Of a DNA stretch of 34,809 nucleotides, positions 20,005 to 28,637 are shown piece by piece. Position numbers and translations under genes: made by a program. Source of the DNA: Novosphingobium sp. (lineage in GTDB: Bacteria > Pseudomonadota > Alphaproteobacteria > Sphingomonadales > Sphingomonadaceae). The DNA is taken from positions 1 to 34,809 of the forward strand of contig JANMQW010000020.1 in the NCBI GenBank assembly GCA_031370725.1, in the 5' to 3' direction. The notes beneath the pieces were generated by a model. It worked only from the letters and a program-made list of their open reading frames with translations, did no database searches and was not told where the DNA came from. Numbering within the stretch: position 1 is the first letter of the stretch; the number at the start of each line of letters is the position of its first letter.

Positions 20005-20054
20005 ATTGCAGCATGCCTAGTCCGCGATGGTTGGTGGCCGCCGCTTCAGTTCGA

Positions 20055-21356
20055 TCACGTGAGAGCGCCTTCCGCCGCGCCTGTCGGCAGCGCCAACTGG
20101 CGGGGTGCCGCAGCCTTTCGGCGCCGAGCAAAATAGACCAGCATCAATGCGGCGGCAGGCGCAAAGATGAAGGTCGTGATGTTCGGCATCGAACGCATGA
20201 TCATGTAGATGTACAGCGCCACCAGGAGATAGGCGGGTAGCCCAAAGGGCCGGGTGAGCAGCCTCTGGGCAAAGTAGAAAACGCGGTATAGCACATTGCC
20301 GAACAGGAACGACGCGACGAACCCCAGCCAGACGCCCAACATCGACACCCATTCGCCCATGAACGTAGTAGTTACGTAATAAAGCTTGTAGCCCCCATAA
20401 AAGTCTTCAGTAAGCAACGGCTTACCTTCCCACAATATCCGCGGAATCGGTGTGGAGATGATAAAATAGAAAAAATAGAGAGGGTCCCAGCGACGGTTGG
20501 AAAAATCTGCATAGGCACACGCTGACCAAACTCGGTAAATGCTGTCGTCCTGATGGTAGGTAAGCGCGAAAGCACTTGTCGATCCCTCTAGACCTTCAGC
20601 CCGAAACAGAATCATCGCCGACGTGACCGAGGCGATCAGTACGGCTACGCCCAGCAAGAGGACGGTCTTGGCAAAAAGCCCGCGAAAGCTCATCAGGCCG
20701 AAGATTGCGAGCGAAGCCAAGGGGATGATTGCCTGGGTGCGCGATCCGTCGGTGATCAGTACGAACTCGATTGCAGCCAACACCAAGACCGCAGTCAGGG
20801 CAGCGCCAAACTGCCGGGAGAACAAAACGAAGGCCAAAGCGCTCGCCGCCAGCGGGAGCAAGCCACTAACAAGCTGGTAAACCGGATCGCGCGCACCACT
20901 CGCCCCGGGCTGATCCCAGATTCGGGTATCGCGCGGCCCCAGCATGGTGTCGAAAAGATCCTGGAGCGACCAGTCCACCGCATTCATGCGGTACCCGGTG
21001 TGGATCGCGAAGACGGTGATCGAAATAACTACCAGATAGCGCGCCGTGGCAGTGGAGATTCGCATATCGGGCTGGGTGAACCGGCTGTCGAGTTCGTAAG
21101 GGCGGCGCACGATCGCAGTGCTGAGCCCAATCCCGATCATTGTTGCCAGAGTCGCCAGTTGATAGCCGGTCAGGCTGCTTTCCAGAATGCCCTGGAGGTT
21201 TTGATCGTCCATCCCGCGGATCATGAAATCCGAGGCCAGGATGAACAGCATCGCGCAGAACATGAAGTGAGGGTGGAGAATGCCGCGGCTGCGCGACCAG
21301 CTGAACAACAGCAGTCCGATGAACGAAAACCAGTAAAGCGCCTGGATCAGGCTCAT
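20055..21356 (-). CDS. wzy: Putative Wzy repeat-unit polymerase
   Basis: About 10-12 TM segments, with DGSR, PIPRILWEGKP and T.F.GE...LG motifs typical of Wzy. AT-rich core, adjacent to wzx. The start could be ATG 21380. Confidence 0.75.
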   Translation of the reverse strand: MSLIQALYWFSFIGLLLFSWSRSRGILHPHFMFCAMLFILASDFMIRGMDDQNLQGILESSLTGYQLATLATMIGIGLSTAIVRRPYELDSRFTQPDMRISTATARYLVVISITVFAIHTGYRMNAVDWSLQDLFDTMLGPRDTRIWDQPGASGARDPVYQLVSGLLPLAASALAFVLFSRQFGAALTAVLVLAAIEFVLITDGSRTQAIIPLASLAIFGLMSFRGLFAKTVLLLGVAVLIASVTSAMILFRAEGLEGSTSAFALTYHQDDSIYRVWSACAYADFSNRRWDPLYFFYFIISTPIPRILWEGKPLLTEDFYGGYKLYYVTTTFMGEWVSMLGVWLGFVASFLFGNVLYRVFYFAQRLLTRPFGLPAYLLVALYIYMIMRSMPNITTFIFAPAAALMLVYFARRRKAAAPRQLALPTGAAEGALT

Positions 21357-21462
21357 CGACGATCTCCGCTGCGCCGCCATACCATGCTACGGCGCGACCC
21401 GTCAGCCGCGCCTGCAATAGCATATCTGGATAGGCGATCAACGCCGAGTGCTGCCGCCCCGA

Positions 21463-22785
21463 TCATGCTGCGGGCCGGGCGAGCACCAGCGCACGCACGG
21501 TCCGCCACAGGTCGGCCGCGTCGGAGAGGCGTGGTAACAACAGCCGCGCGAGCGGCAGCTCCAGCTCGCGCGCAAGGGTCGAGGCGGCGATCATGACCGA
21601 AACGGCAAAGCCGAACACCACCCCCCATGGCAACCACCCGATCGAACCGGCATAGCGCGCCGCCAGCGCAAACCCGGCGACGATGACGATCAGGACGATG
21701 GCCATTCGCGCAAGCACCGCCGCGCGGTTGAGCCCGCGCAGAAACTCTTCGAACGGACGGTTCATCCCTTGCAGCGCCAGCGCGGGGAGCAGCACGTAAA
21801 GGAGGCTTGCCGCGCCAGCATACGCCCTGCCGTAGATCAGCGGAACGAGCGGAGGGAGCACGATAAGCCCAGTCACGCACAGCCCGGCATAGAGCAATAT
21901 GGTCTGACGTAAGCGCTGCGACAACCAGGCGCGATCCACTGCATCCAGGTTTGCCAGGGCGGCCCCGCGCGCGAAGAACATCTGGGCTAGCGCCTCTCCC
22001 GCCATGCCCTGGACTTGCGCCAAGGTGGCGGCCACGAGGTACAAACCGATCGTCTGCGGTTCGAACAAGGCGCTGGCGAACAGTTTGTCGCTCTGCTGGG
22101 CAATACCGGCAATCAGCATCGTCAGCGCGATCGGGGTGGACCTACGCAAGGTTGAGCCGAGCGGCACGTCTGGCCCCGCCGGCAAGGCGCGCAGCGATGG
22201 CCTGATCGACCACGCGGCGGAAAGGCTGGCACCCAGCGCCATCGCAGCAAGCACAGCGAGAAACGTCCCGGCATCGCGCACACCGACGAGCCACAGCGTG
22301 GTCACGGTCAAAACGTTTCCCGCGACAAACAGCGAGCGCACCGTGTTGTAGCTGCCGAAGCGAGAACGGCCGAGTTCGATCTGGATTTGAAACGCGTTGA
22401 GGATACTGAACGGGATGATCAGGCTGGCAATCAAAACCATCCACAGCGGATAATCTCGGTCTCCCAGGGTGAGCGGGACCACGACCGCCAGAAATGCGAC
22501 CGCGCCAACCAGTCCGCCGATAATCGAAAGGCGGTAAGCAGCCCGATAAACCGCGCGCGCCCGCTCGGGCCGTTGCGCGGCCTCCCGGGCTAGCGTCATC
22601 TGTGTACCCCAGGCGAAGATGTTGGCGGTGGTCAATGCCCACAGGAACAATGCGCCATAAACCCCGCGCCCCTGCGGACCGAGCGCGCGCGCCAGGATGA
22701 TCCCGGTGGCGAAAGTCGCGGCTGCTAGCACCAGGTTGGCCAACGCGATCTGCAGCGGAACGGGGAGGTGGCGAAACACCTTCAT
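21463..22785 (-). CDS. wzx: Wzx (MOP/PST) repeat-unit flippase
   Basis: Motifs ILARALGPQGRGVY, QSDK...IGLY.VA and LIYGRAYAGA, with about 12 TM helices. Start at ATG 22785. Confidence 0.88.
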   Translation of the reverse strand: MKVFRHLPVPLQIALANLVLAAATFATGIILARALGPQGRGVYGALFLWALTTANIFAWGTQMTLAREAAQRPERARAVYRAAYRLSIIGGLVGAVAFLAVVVPLTLGDRDYPLWMVLIASLIIPFSILNAFQIQIELGRSRFGSYNTVRSLFVAGNVLTVTTLWLVGVRDAGTFLAVLAAMALGASLSAAWSIRPSLRALPAGPDVPLGSTLRRSTPIALTMLIAGIAQQSDKLFASALFEPQTIGLYLVAATLAQVQGMAGEALAQMFFARGAALANLDAVDRAWLSQRLRQTILLYAGLCVTGLIVLPPLVPLIYGRAYAGAASLLYVLLPALALQGMNRPFEEFLRGLNRAAVLARMAIVLIVIVAGFALAARYAGSIGWLPWGVVFGFAVSVMIAASTLARELELPLARLLLPRLSDAADLWRTVRALVLARPAA

Positions 22786-22854
22786 CGCGGGGAAATTTTC
22801 AATCTTGCTCCGAAGCGGCAGCACTTCCGCGCCGTATTTCGGGCGCTTTGGCGC

Positions 22855-22872
22855 TTGGCGACCCGTTTGCAT
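22855..22872 (+). promoter_or_regulatory. Possible sigma54 -24/-12 element TTGGCGACCCGTTTGCAT
   Basis: GG(22857-58)-N10-GC(22869-70) with TGGC and TTGCA flanks, about 60 nt upstream of the DUF268 ATG. Deviates from the TGGCAC consensus. Confidence 0.35.
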
Positions 22873-22933
22873 AGGCTATAGAGCTTCTGCCCGCGAAATA
22901 GGCGGGTCACAAAGAACATGCCGGGAATAGCAC

Positions 22934-23731
22934 ATGACGACGCCATCGCATCGCAGTTCATTCGGGAGGATAGTCCGCACAGCCGGAAATCTGGCGCTCA
23001 ATTTCGGGTTCGACCCTCGTGGCCTCAAGTCGTCGACAAAAATGGCGCGGTTCATTCGCGACTATCGTGCGTTCACGGCGCTGGGCGGCAAGGTTACCGA
23101 ACTACATCCAATTCTGGTCGATTACGATGCCCAGGCCGGCAGCGGCTCGGGGCAGTATTTTCATCAGGACTTGCTTGTAGCCAGCTTCATCCACGAAGCC
23201 GCACCGCGCCGCCACATCGACCTAGGTTCGCGGATCGACGGGTTCATCGCCCATGTCGCGGCGTTCCGCGAGATTGAGATGATCGATATCCGGCCGCTCG
23301 AAAAATCGGCTCACCCCCGCATCAAATTCCTCCAGGGCGACCTGATGAAGCACGATCCGGCGTGGGATGGCAGCGCCGATTCGGTGTCGAGCCTCCACGC
23401 GCTCGAACACTTTGGATTGGGGCGCTATGGCGACACGCTCGACCCCCAGGGCCATGTCACGGGGTTCCGCCATCTCTCGCGGATGGTCGCGCCCGGCGGG
23501 ATGCTCTATATCGGACTTCCGATCGGTTCCGAATCCCAGGTGTTCTTCAACGCCCATCGCGTGTTCGCGCCCGGCGAGCCGATTACATGGTTCGAACAGC
23601 CCGGCTCGTTCGCACTCGAACGATTTGATTACGTCGATGACGCGGGCGACCTGCACACTTTGGCCGATCCCCTTACAATGCCACCCCTGATCCACGGCTG
23701 CGGTATCTACAGCTTTCGCCGCCGTACCTGA
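22934..23731 (+). CDS. DUF268-family protein (SAM-methyltransferase-like fold)
   Basis: Signature SSLHALEHFGLGRYGD.LDP.G...PGG.LY...P.G.....FNAHRVF, plus HIDLGS as motif I. Confidence 0.82.
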   Translation: MTTPSHRSSFGRIVRTAGNLALNFGFDPRGLKSSTKMARFIRDYRAFTALGGKVTELHPILVDYDAQAGSGSGQYFHQDLLVASFIHEAAPRRHIDLGSRIDGFIAHVAAFREIEMIDIRPLEKSAHPRIKFLQGDLMKHDPAWDGSADSVSSLHALEHFGLGRYGDTLDPQGHVTGFRHLSRMVAPGGMLYIGLPIGSESQVFFNAHRVFAPGEPITWFEQPGSFALERFDYVDDAGDLHTLADPLTMPPLIHGCGIYSFRRRT

Positions 23732-23746
23732 CTGAATCCGGCTACA

Positions 23747-24520
23747 ATGCGCCTTCCATCAAATGACGAGAGCGGACTCCATCCGCTCACCGCGCGATTC
23801 TACCCCGAATCACGATTCGGCGGATTTTCACATCGAGACTGCACGATCGAATTCTTCACCCGGATTAACGCATTGCTGCGCTCCGGCGATCGCATCCTCG
23901 ATTTCGGCGCCGGGCGTGGCGGTGGCATTACCGACGATCCGTGCCGTTTTCGCCGCGATCTCCAGAAACTGCAAGGACGATGCGCCGAACTTGTTGGCTG
24001 CGACATCGACCCGGCGGTCATGGACAATCCCCATCTCGACAACGCGGTTCTAATTGAGGCCGGAAAGGAACTCCCGTTCCCTGATGCCAGTTTCGACCTT
24101 ATTTTCTGCAGCTATGTCTTCGAGCATGTTGCCGACGCTGGCTTGGTTTCTCGGGAACTCCTGCGAATTTTGAAGCCTGGGGGTTACTTGTGTGCACTCA
24201 CGCCGAACAAGTGGGGTTACGTCGCGCTGGCTGCCGCGCTTGTCAGCAACCGGCTGCACAGAAAAGTACTTCACCAAGTCCAGCCCACTCGCGCGGACAT
24301 GGACGTGTTTCCAACGATTTACGCCCTGAACACGCCGGGCGCGATCCGCCGCCACTTCTCCGCGAAGAGTGACGTCGTGACTTACCCATACACTCCGGAA
24401 CCAGCATATCATCTGGGCAGCCCGTTGCTATACTGGGCGTTCAGATGGGTGCACAAACATCTGCCGGACCGTTTCGCCACCAACCTGTTCATCTTTGCAC
24501 GCAAGCACGGCTCCAACTGA
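23747..24520 (+). CDS. Class I SAM-dependent methyltransferase (Methyltransf_11-like)
   Basis: Motifs ILDFGAGRG, GCDID, LPFPDASFDLI, VFEHV and RILKPGG. Confidence 0.9.
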   Translation: MRLPSNDESGLHPLTARFYPESRFGGFSHRDCTIEFFTRINALLRSGDRILDFGAGRGGGITDDPCRFRRDLQKLQGRCAELVGCDIDPAVMDNPHLDNAVLIEAGKELPFPDASFDLIFCSYVFEHVADAGLVSRELLRILKPGGYLCALTPNKWGYVALAAALVSNRLHRKVLHQVQPTRADMDVFPTIYALNTPGAIRRHFSAKSDVVTYPYTPEPAYHLGSPLLYWAFRWVHKHLPDRFATNLFIFARKHGSN

Positions 24521-24601
24521 CGGTCGATCTGGCATGGGGTCAAACGGCGAAACCAGGCGGTACTAGCTGCGGATGTCGTCCAGGATTGCCAAGCGCTGGG
24601 C

Positions 24602-25591
24602 TCAGCCGCGAAGGCTTTTTGCTACGGACCCAAGCACCTCGTTCATAACGACGGTTACCGCGTTGACCCCGTGACGGCTGGCGATGAACCCGGCGCGCTC
24701 CGCGGGTGCTTCGGGGGCCGCTTCATCGGCGATCACCGCGCTTTCAATCGCCGCCTCCCAGGCTGCTGGATCGCCGCCGGCAACCACTGAGACCAAGCCG
24801 TGACCGGCAAACAGATCGGCGGTCCGGCCGGCACCGATAACAACCGCACATCCGCTCGCCAGGGCCTCGAGCGTCGTGGTCTGGCCGGCGGCATGGATAT
24901 CACGCGTCAGGGGCGTGACCACGGCCCGGCAGCGGCAATACAAGTCGCGAAGTTCGGAGAAGCTCACCGCCGAGACCAATTCAAGCCGGTTGTGCCGACC
25001 GGCGAAGCGCGCCGCAAATTCGGGCACGTTGTTGAGCCACACCACGCTGTGCCCGCGCTCGGCAAGGGCCACAAGCACCTCGCCGTCACGATCGTTATCG
25101 CCCGGGCAGAACAGGAAGTCCTCGCGTTCGCCAGTCGGCGCGCAGGGAAAGAAATCGGTATCGACCAGATAGGGCACCTTGCGCGGTTCGACCCCGGCCA
25201 TGCTGCGGACCTCGTCCGCGGTGCGATCTTCGTTGACCAGCACGATCCTCGCCCGACGCAAGATCATCCGCACGATACCGCGGCGCACACCGCGGTGATA
25301 ATCGTTCCCCCAGCACAGATACACGAGCGGTCGCCGCAACAACGCGGCCATGATCGTGGTGGGGAAAAGGTGCGACGTAATATGAATCCCACGCTGCCAC
25401 GGCCGCGCCTTGCTTGCTCGCACGATCCGGCCATCGACCAGCCGGTCGAGCAACGCATTCCAGCGCACCGGAGCCACATCGCCGCGCGTACGCTCTGCAC
25501 GCTGGCGCACGGTCGTGTCCCAGGCGGCCCAATCGAGAATCAAGGTCGTGCCGCGGGCAGTCATCGGGTTGCCAGTCTCCGATTCAGGCAT
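24602..25591 (-). CDS. Divergent GT-B (GT4-like) glycosyltransferase
   Basis: Motifs VPYLVDTDFF, G.NDRD, VSFSELRDLY and AAGQTTTLEALASG.AVV. The start is ATG 25591 or 25564. Confidence 0.75.
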   Translation of the reverse strand: MPESETGNPMTARGTTLILDWAAWDTTVRQRAERTRGDVAPVRWNALLDRLVDGRIVRASKARPWQRGIHITSHLFPTTIMAALLRRPLVYLCWGNDYHRGVRRGIVRMILRRARIVLVNEDRTADEVRSMAGVEPRKVPYLVDTDFFPCAPTGEREDFLFCPGDNDRDGEVLVALAERGHSVVWLNNVPEFAARFAGRHNRLELVSAVSFSELRDLYCRCRAVVTPLTRDIHAAGQTTTLEALASGCAVVIGAGRTADLFAGHGLVSVVAGGDPAAWEAAIESAVIADEAAPEAPAERAGFIASRHGVNAVTVVMNEVLGSVAKSLRG

Positions 25592-26339
25592 GAGTCGTTC
25601 GCGGCACGAACAGCGTGTTTTCGATGCAGTGGTCGATCGGGTGTCCGTTCGCGGGGTCGAACGCCTGGTAGCCGTGTCTCGAGAACAGCGCGTAGACCGC
25701 TGTTGCCAAAGTCTCGTCGACTTCAACGTAGGCGCTGGGGCGAACCTGGCTCAGCAATCGCTCCGCGCCCTGAAGTGCGACAAGTTCGGCACCTTCGACG
25801 TCGATCTTGACGAAATCGGGCGGCGGCAGCGCATCGAGCAAGACATCGAGCGACAGCGTCGGGACCAGCACCACTTCGCGCCCTCCCCCCATCTGCGAGC
25901 GTCCGCCACCGGCTTCGAGTGCATTGCTCGCCCGCCCGCGGGCCGCGATCACGAACCGAGCCACCCCGCATGTCTCCGCCACGGCGCAAGGCACAACCTG
26001 CAGCCGCCCGGCGTAGATCGGCTCGGCGGCGGTGCGCCGCAAAAGTCCCGCCAGCCAGATGTCTGCCTCGATCGCGAACACCTGTCCACGCTGCGCAACC
26101 GCGGCGGCGGCTACAGCGAAAGTGCCGACATTGGCGCCTACATCCCACACGATCGAATCGGCGGTCAGACGCTGTTCGGCCAATTCCAGCAAATCGGCAT
26201 CGAACGCCCGCGTGCCCGGCTTGAGATACTTGAGCTGCGCATCGGGGCTGACGTAGATCGGCACGCGGCGCCCGGCGACCTCGATCGTCCGGCGCAAACT
26301 TCTGCCCCGCGCCAGACGCTCGGCCAGACGACGTATCAC
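25584..26339 (-). CDS. FkbM-family methyltransferase
   Basis: Motifs VWDVGANVGTF, V.AIEAD and PDFVKIDVEGAE.V.L.GA. Start taken at GTG 26339. Confidence 0.92.
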   Translation of the reverse strand: MIRRLAERLARGRSLRRTIEVAGRRVPIYVSPDAQLKYLKPGTRAFDADLLELAEQRLTADSIVWDVGANVGTFAVAAAAVAQRGQVFAIEADIWLAGLLRRTAAEPIYAGRLQVVPCAVAETCGVARFVIAARGRASNALEAGGGRSQMGGGREVVLVPTLSLDVLLDALPPPDFVKIDVEGAELVALQGAERLLSQVRPSAYVEVDETLATAVYALFSRHGYQAFDPANGHPIDHCIENTLFVPRTTHA

Positions 26340-26471
26340 AGGTGTGGACCGATCATCGCGGGCAAGTTCCGGGCTGGGAGCGGGAAGTCGAGGAGTGGAA
26401 TATCGAGGGCCAAGGCGCTGCCCGTTAAGCCACAAACATGGCACTGGGCAACCCCGCGATCACCCGACGGT

Positions 26472-28550
26472 TCAGCGAAACGATCCTTGTACCGTCAGCT
26501 TCCAGTGCGCCCGCGCCGCAGCCGCAAACCCACGCGACGGGTCTACAACGCGAATCGCCGACAGCCCGCCTGCGGGAAATTCGCTCGCCGTGTCGCCCGC
26601 CAATAGGGTGCGGACTGACGGTGAAACAACGCGCGCGCCGGCGACTGTAGAGCGAACCGCGTTAAGCAGGGCGATGTCGCCACCGGTATCTCGGTCGGCA
26701 CCCACGAAGATCGATCCCGCGCCATTGCCTGCGGGTTTAACGACCTCGAACCTGAGTTGCGTGGGAACGAAGCTGCGGCCGAGCGCGATGAGGAAGGTAT
26801 GGCCGGGACGATCCGCGGCGGCGATGGACGAATCGAACTGGATCGTCGTGGTTCCGATCTCGAGACCCTCGACGACTGCGAGGATCGACGTCCCTAGACG
26901 GTGCGGCTCGGTGCCGAAGATTGCCGGAACCTGGGCCGCGTAGCGACCCTCGATCACCGCGTTGCGCAAGCTCATCCCCGCGACGACCGGCATCCGCAGG
27001 CGGAACGCGGCGGCCAGCGGTGCCAGCTCGTCGATTCCGATGTGAACATCGCCCGCCAGCAGATCGCCACCCGGGCACCAAGGCAAGCGCCTGATCTTGC
27101 CCATTTTCCGGTTGGCTGAATCATAGAAGGTTGCGCCAAGGAAGAGATTGCGGAAAATCCCGCTGCGCTGATACTCTGCGCGCGAAAGAGCCAGTTCGCC
27201 ACGCGCGACACGCCGAACCGCGGCTTCGAAAAAAGGCGCTTCGACCAGCCGATCGGCCTGGGGAGCCGTGGCGACGAACGTGCAGCTTTCAAGACGCACG
27301 GTCTTGCTGCCATGCGCGTAAAGTCCGATCAGCGCGCGATGGGACAGGGAATCGCCAGCAAACCGCGCGCCGCGAGCTTCGAGCAGGTCGATCGGGGCAA
27401 GCGCCGTCCCACCTGTAATCACCGTCCCGGGGCCTAGCACCACTTCGCGCGCTCCCAGCGCGCCGACCAGCGCGCCGATCGTGCTGCTGTCGATTTCGAC
27501 CCGCCCGAGAATCTTGTCGATCTCGAAATCCTGGTCGACCTGCGAACCGCGGATGCGGACCAGTTCGGCGAAATTGACGAACATCCGTCTGGCGGAAACG
27601 CGATCGAGCAGGATCCTCCGCGCTCCGCCAAACCCGGCGACGCCGTTGTAGAGTTCCTGTCCCGGCGCTGTGATCCGGGCACTGGGCGCGAAGCGCACGT
27701 CGCGCACTGCCAGCAAATCCAGCTCGGAGAACGCGCGATTGCGGCCCTCGTCCCGGCGCAGCGAGAAAACCCGGACCGCACCATACCGCTGCGAACGATC
27801 GTTGGTGTACGCGGCTTCAGGCGCCTGCGCATCGTAATCGAAGCGCAGCGGAGCCGCCAGCCGGACCTGATCGGGCCGCCTCTGGACACGCTCTCCGGTG
27901 ACCCATTCAAAAACCATCGGGCACGGCGGTACGCTGTCGAACCCCAGTCGATCCCAGCCGTAGACCAGCAAGGGTCCGGGCGGCAGCGGGGTGCCATCGA
28001 AACTGGACAGTGTTGTCGAGCCTTTGGGAGCAGAGCGAATCCGCATTCCCAGATCGAGCTTGCCGTTGCCCTGAGTTGTCCCGAAATCGAGCGGCTCGAT
28101 GCCGTTGGGCAAAACCGGCACCGGCGAGCGGAACGGGGCAAAATTGGAGTCGAAGGTTTCGAGCTTCACCATGGCGCGCGCGTTCATGATCGTGGCGCCT
28201 TGGCCCTCGATCAGCAATTCGCGCATGCCTCCGAACAGGTATGGGTTGGAAAGCGCATAAGTCGCTCCCTTGCGCAGCACGATATGCGCCCGCCCGCGGC
28301 GGCGGGCTTCAACGAGCAACGCGGCGAAAGCCCGGGTCTGGTCATTGCCTGCGCGACCGGTTGCCCCGAAATCTTCTGGTCGGAGCGGCGCGAGGCTGGC
28401 GAGCGCCGCCACCGCACTGTCAAGCGCATCGCCCTGTGCGGCGGCACTGCACCCGCCCAGCGCCCCGAACTGGGCAGCGGCGGCCAGCGCCCCCGCGCCG
28501 CGCAACAACTTGCGGCGATCGATCGAGACGGGACGGTCGGCGGAGGACAT
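26472..28550 (-). CDS. Tat-signal lipoprotein (692 aa) with pectate-lyase-3/beta-helix-like N-terminus; putative polysaccharide-modifying enzyme
   Basis: DRRKLL twin-arginine motif, hydrophobic stretch and LGGC lipobox. Then RPEDFGATGRAGNDQTRAFAALL and L.IEGQGATI, which recall beta-helix glycanase/tailspike caps. Confidence 0.7.
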   Translation of the reverse strand: MSSADRPVSIDRRKLLRGAGALAAAAQFGALGGCSAAAQGDALDSAVAALASLAPLRPEDFGATGRAGNDQTRAFAALLVEARRRGRAHIVLRKGATYALSNPYLFGGMRELLIEGQGATIMNARAMVKLETFDSNFAPFRSPVPVLPNGIEPLDFGTTQGNGKLDLGMRIRSAPKGSTTLSSFDGTPLPPGPLLVYGWDRLGFDSVPPCPMVFEWVTGERVQRRPDQVRLAAPLRFDYDAQAPEAAYTNDRSQRYGAVRVFSLRRDEGRNRAFSELDLLAVRDVRFAPSARITAPGQELYNGVAGFGGARRILLDRVSARRMFVNFAELVRIRGSQVDQDFEIDKILGRVEIDSSTIGALVGALGAREVVLGPGTVITGGTALAPIDLLEARGARFAGDSLSHRALIGLYAHGSKTVRLESCTFVATAPQADRLVEAPFFEAAVRRVARGELALSRAEYQRSGIFRNLFLGATFYDSANRKMGKIRRLPWCPGGDLLAGDVHIGIDELAPLAAAFRLRMPVVAGMSLRNAVIEGRYAAQVPAIFGTEPHRLGTSILAVVEGLEIGTTTIQFDSSIAAADRPGHTFLIALGRSFVPTQLRFEVVKPAGNGAGSIFVGADRDTGGDIALLNAVRSTVAGARVVSPSVRTLLAGDTASEFPAGGLSAIRVVDPSRGFAAAARAHWKLTVQGSFR

Positions 28551-28557
28551 GCCGCCT

Positions 28558-28585
28558 ATGCTAACCGATGTGCCGACCGCGGCAA
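28558..28585 (-). promoter_or_regulatory. Putative sigma70 promoter TTGCCG-N16-TAGCAT, 7 nt before the ATG (leaderless-type)
   Basis: -35 at 28585-28580, -10 at 28563-28558, ATG at 28550. Confidence 0.5.
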
Positions 28586-28637
28586 ATACCGGGCGGCCCG
28601 AGTCGCAATTGGCGGGGACACTCGCGAGCCCGATGTC

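Noticed and set aside
26355-26460. ATCGCGGG/CCCGCGAT inverted pair upstream of the FkbM gene
   Set aside because: 8-bp GC-rich arms about 90 nt apart with little inner pairing, compatible with chance.
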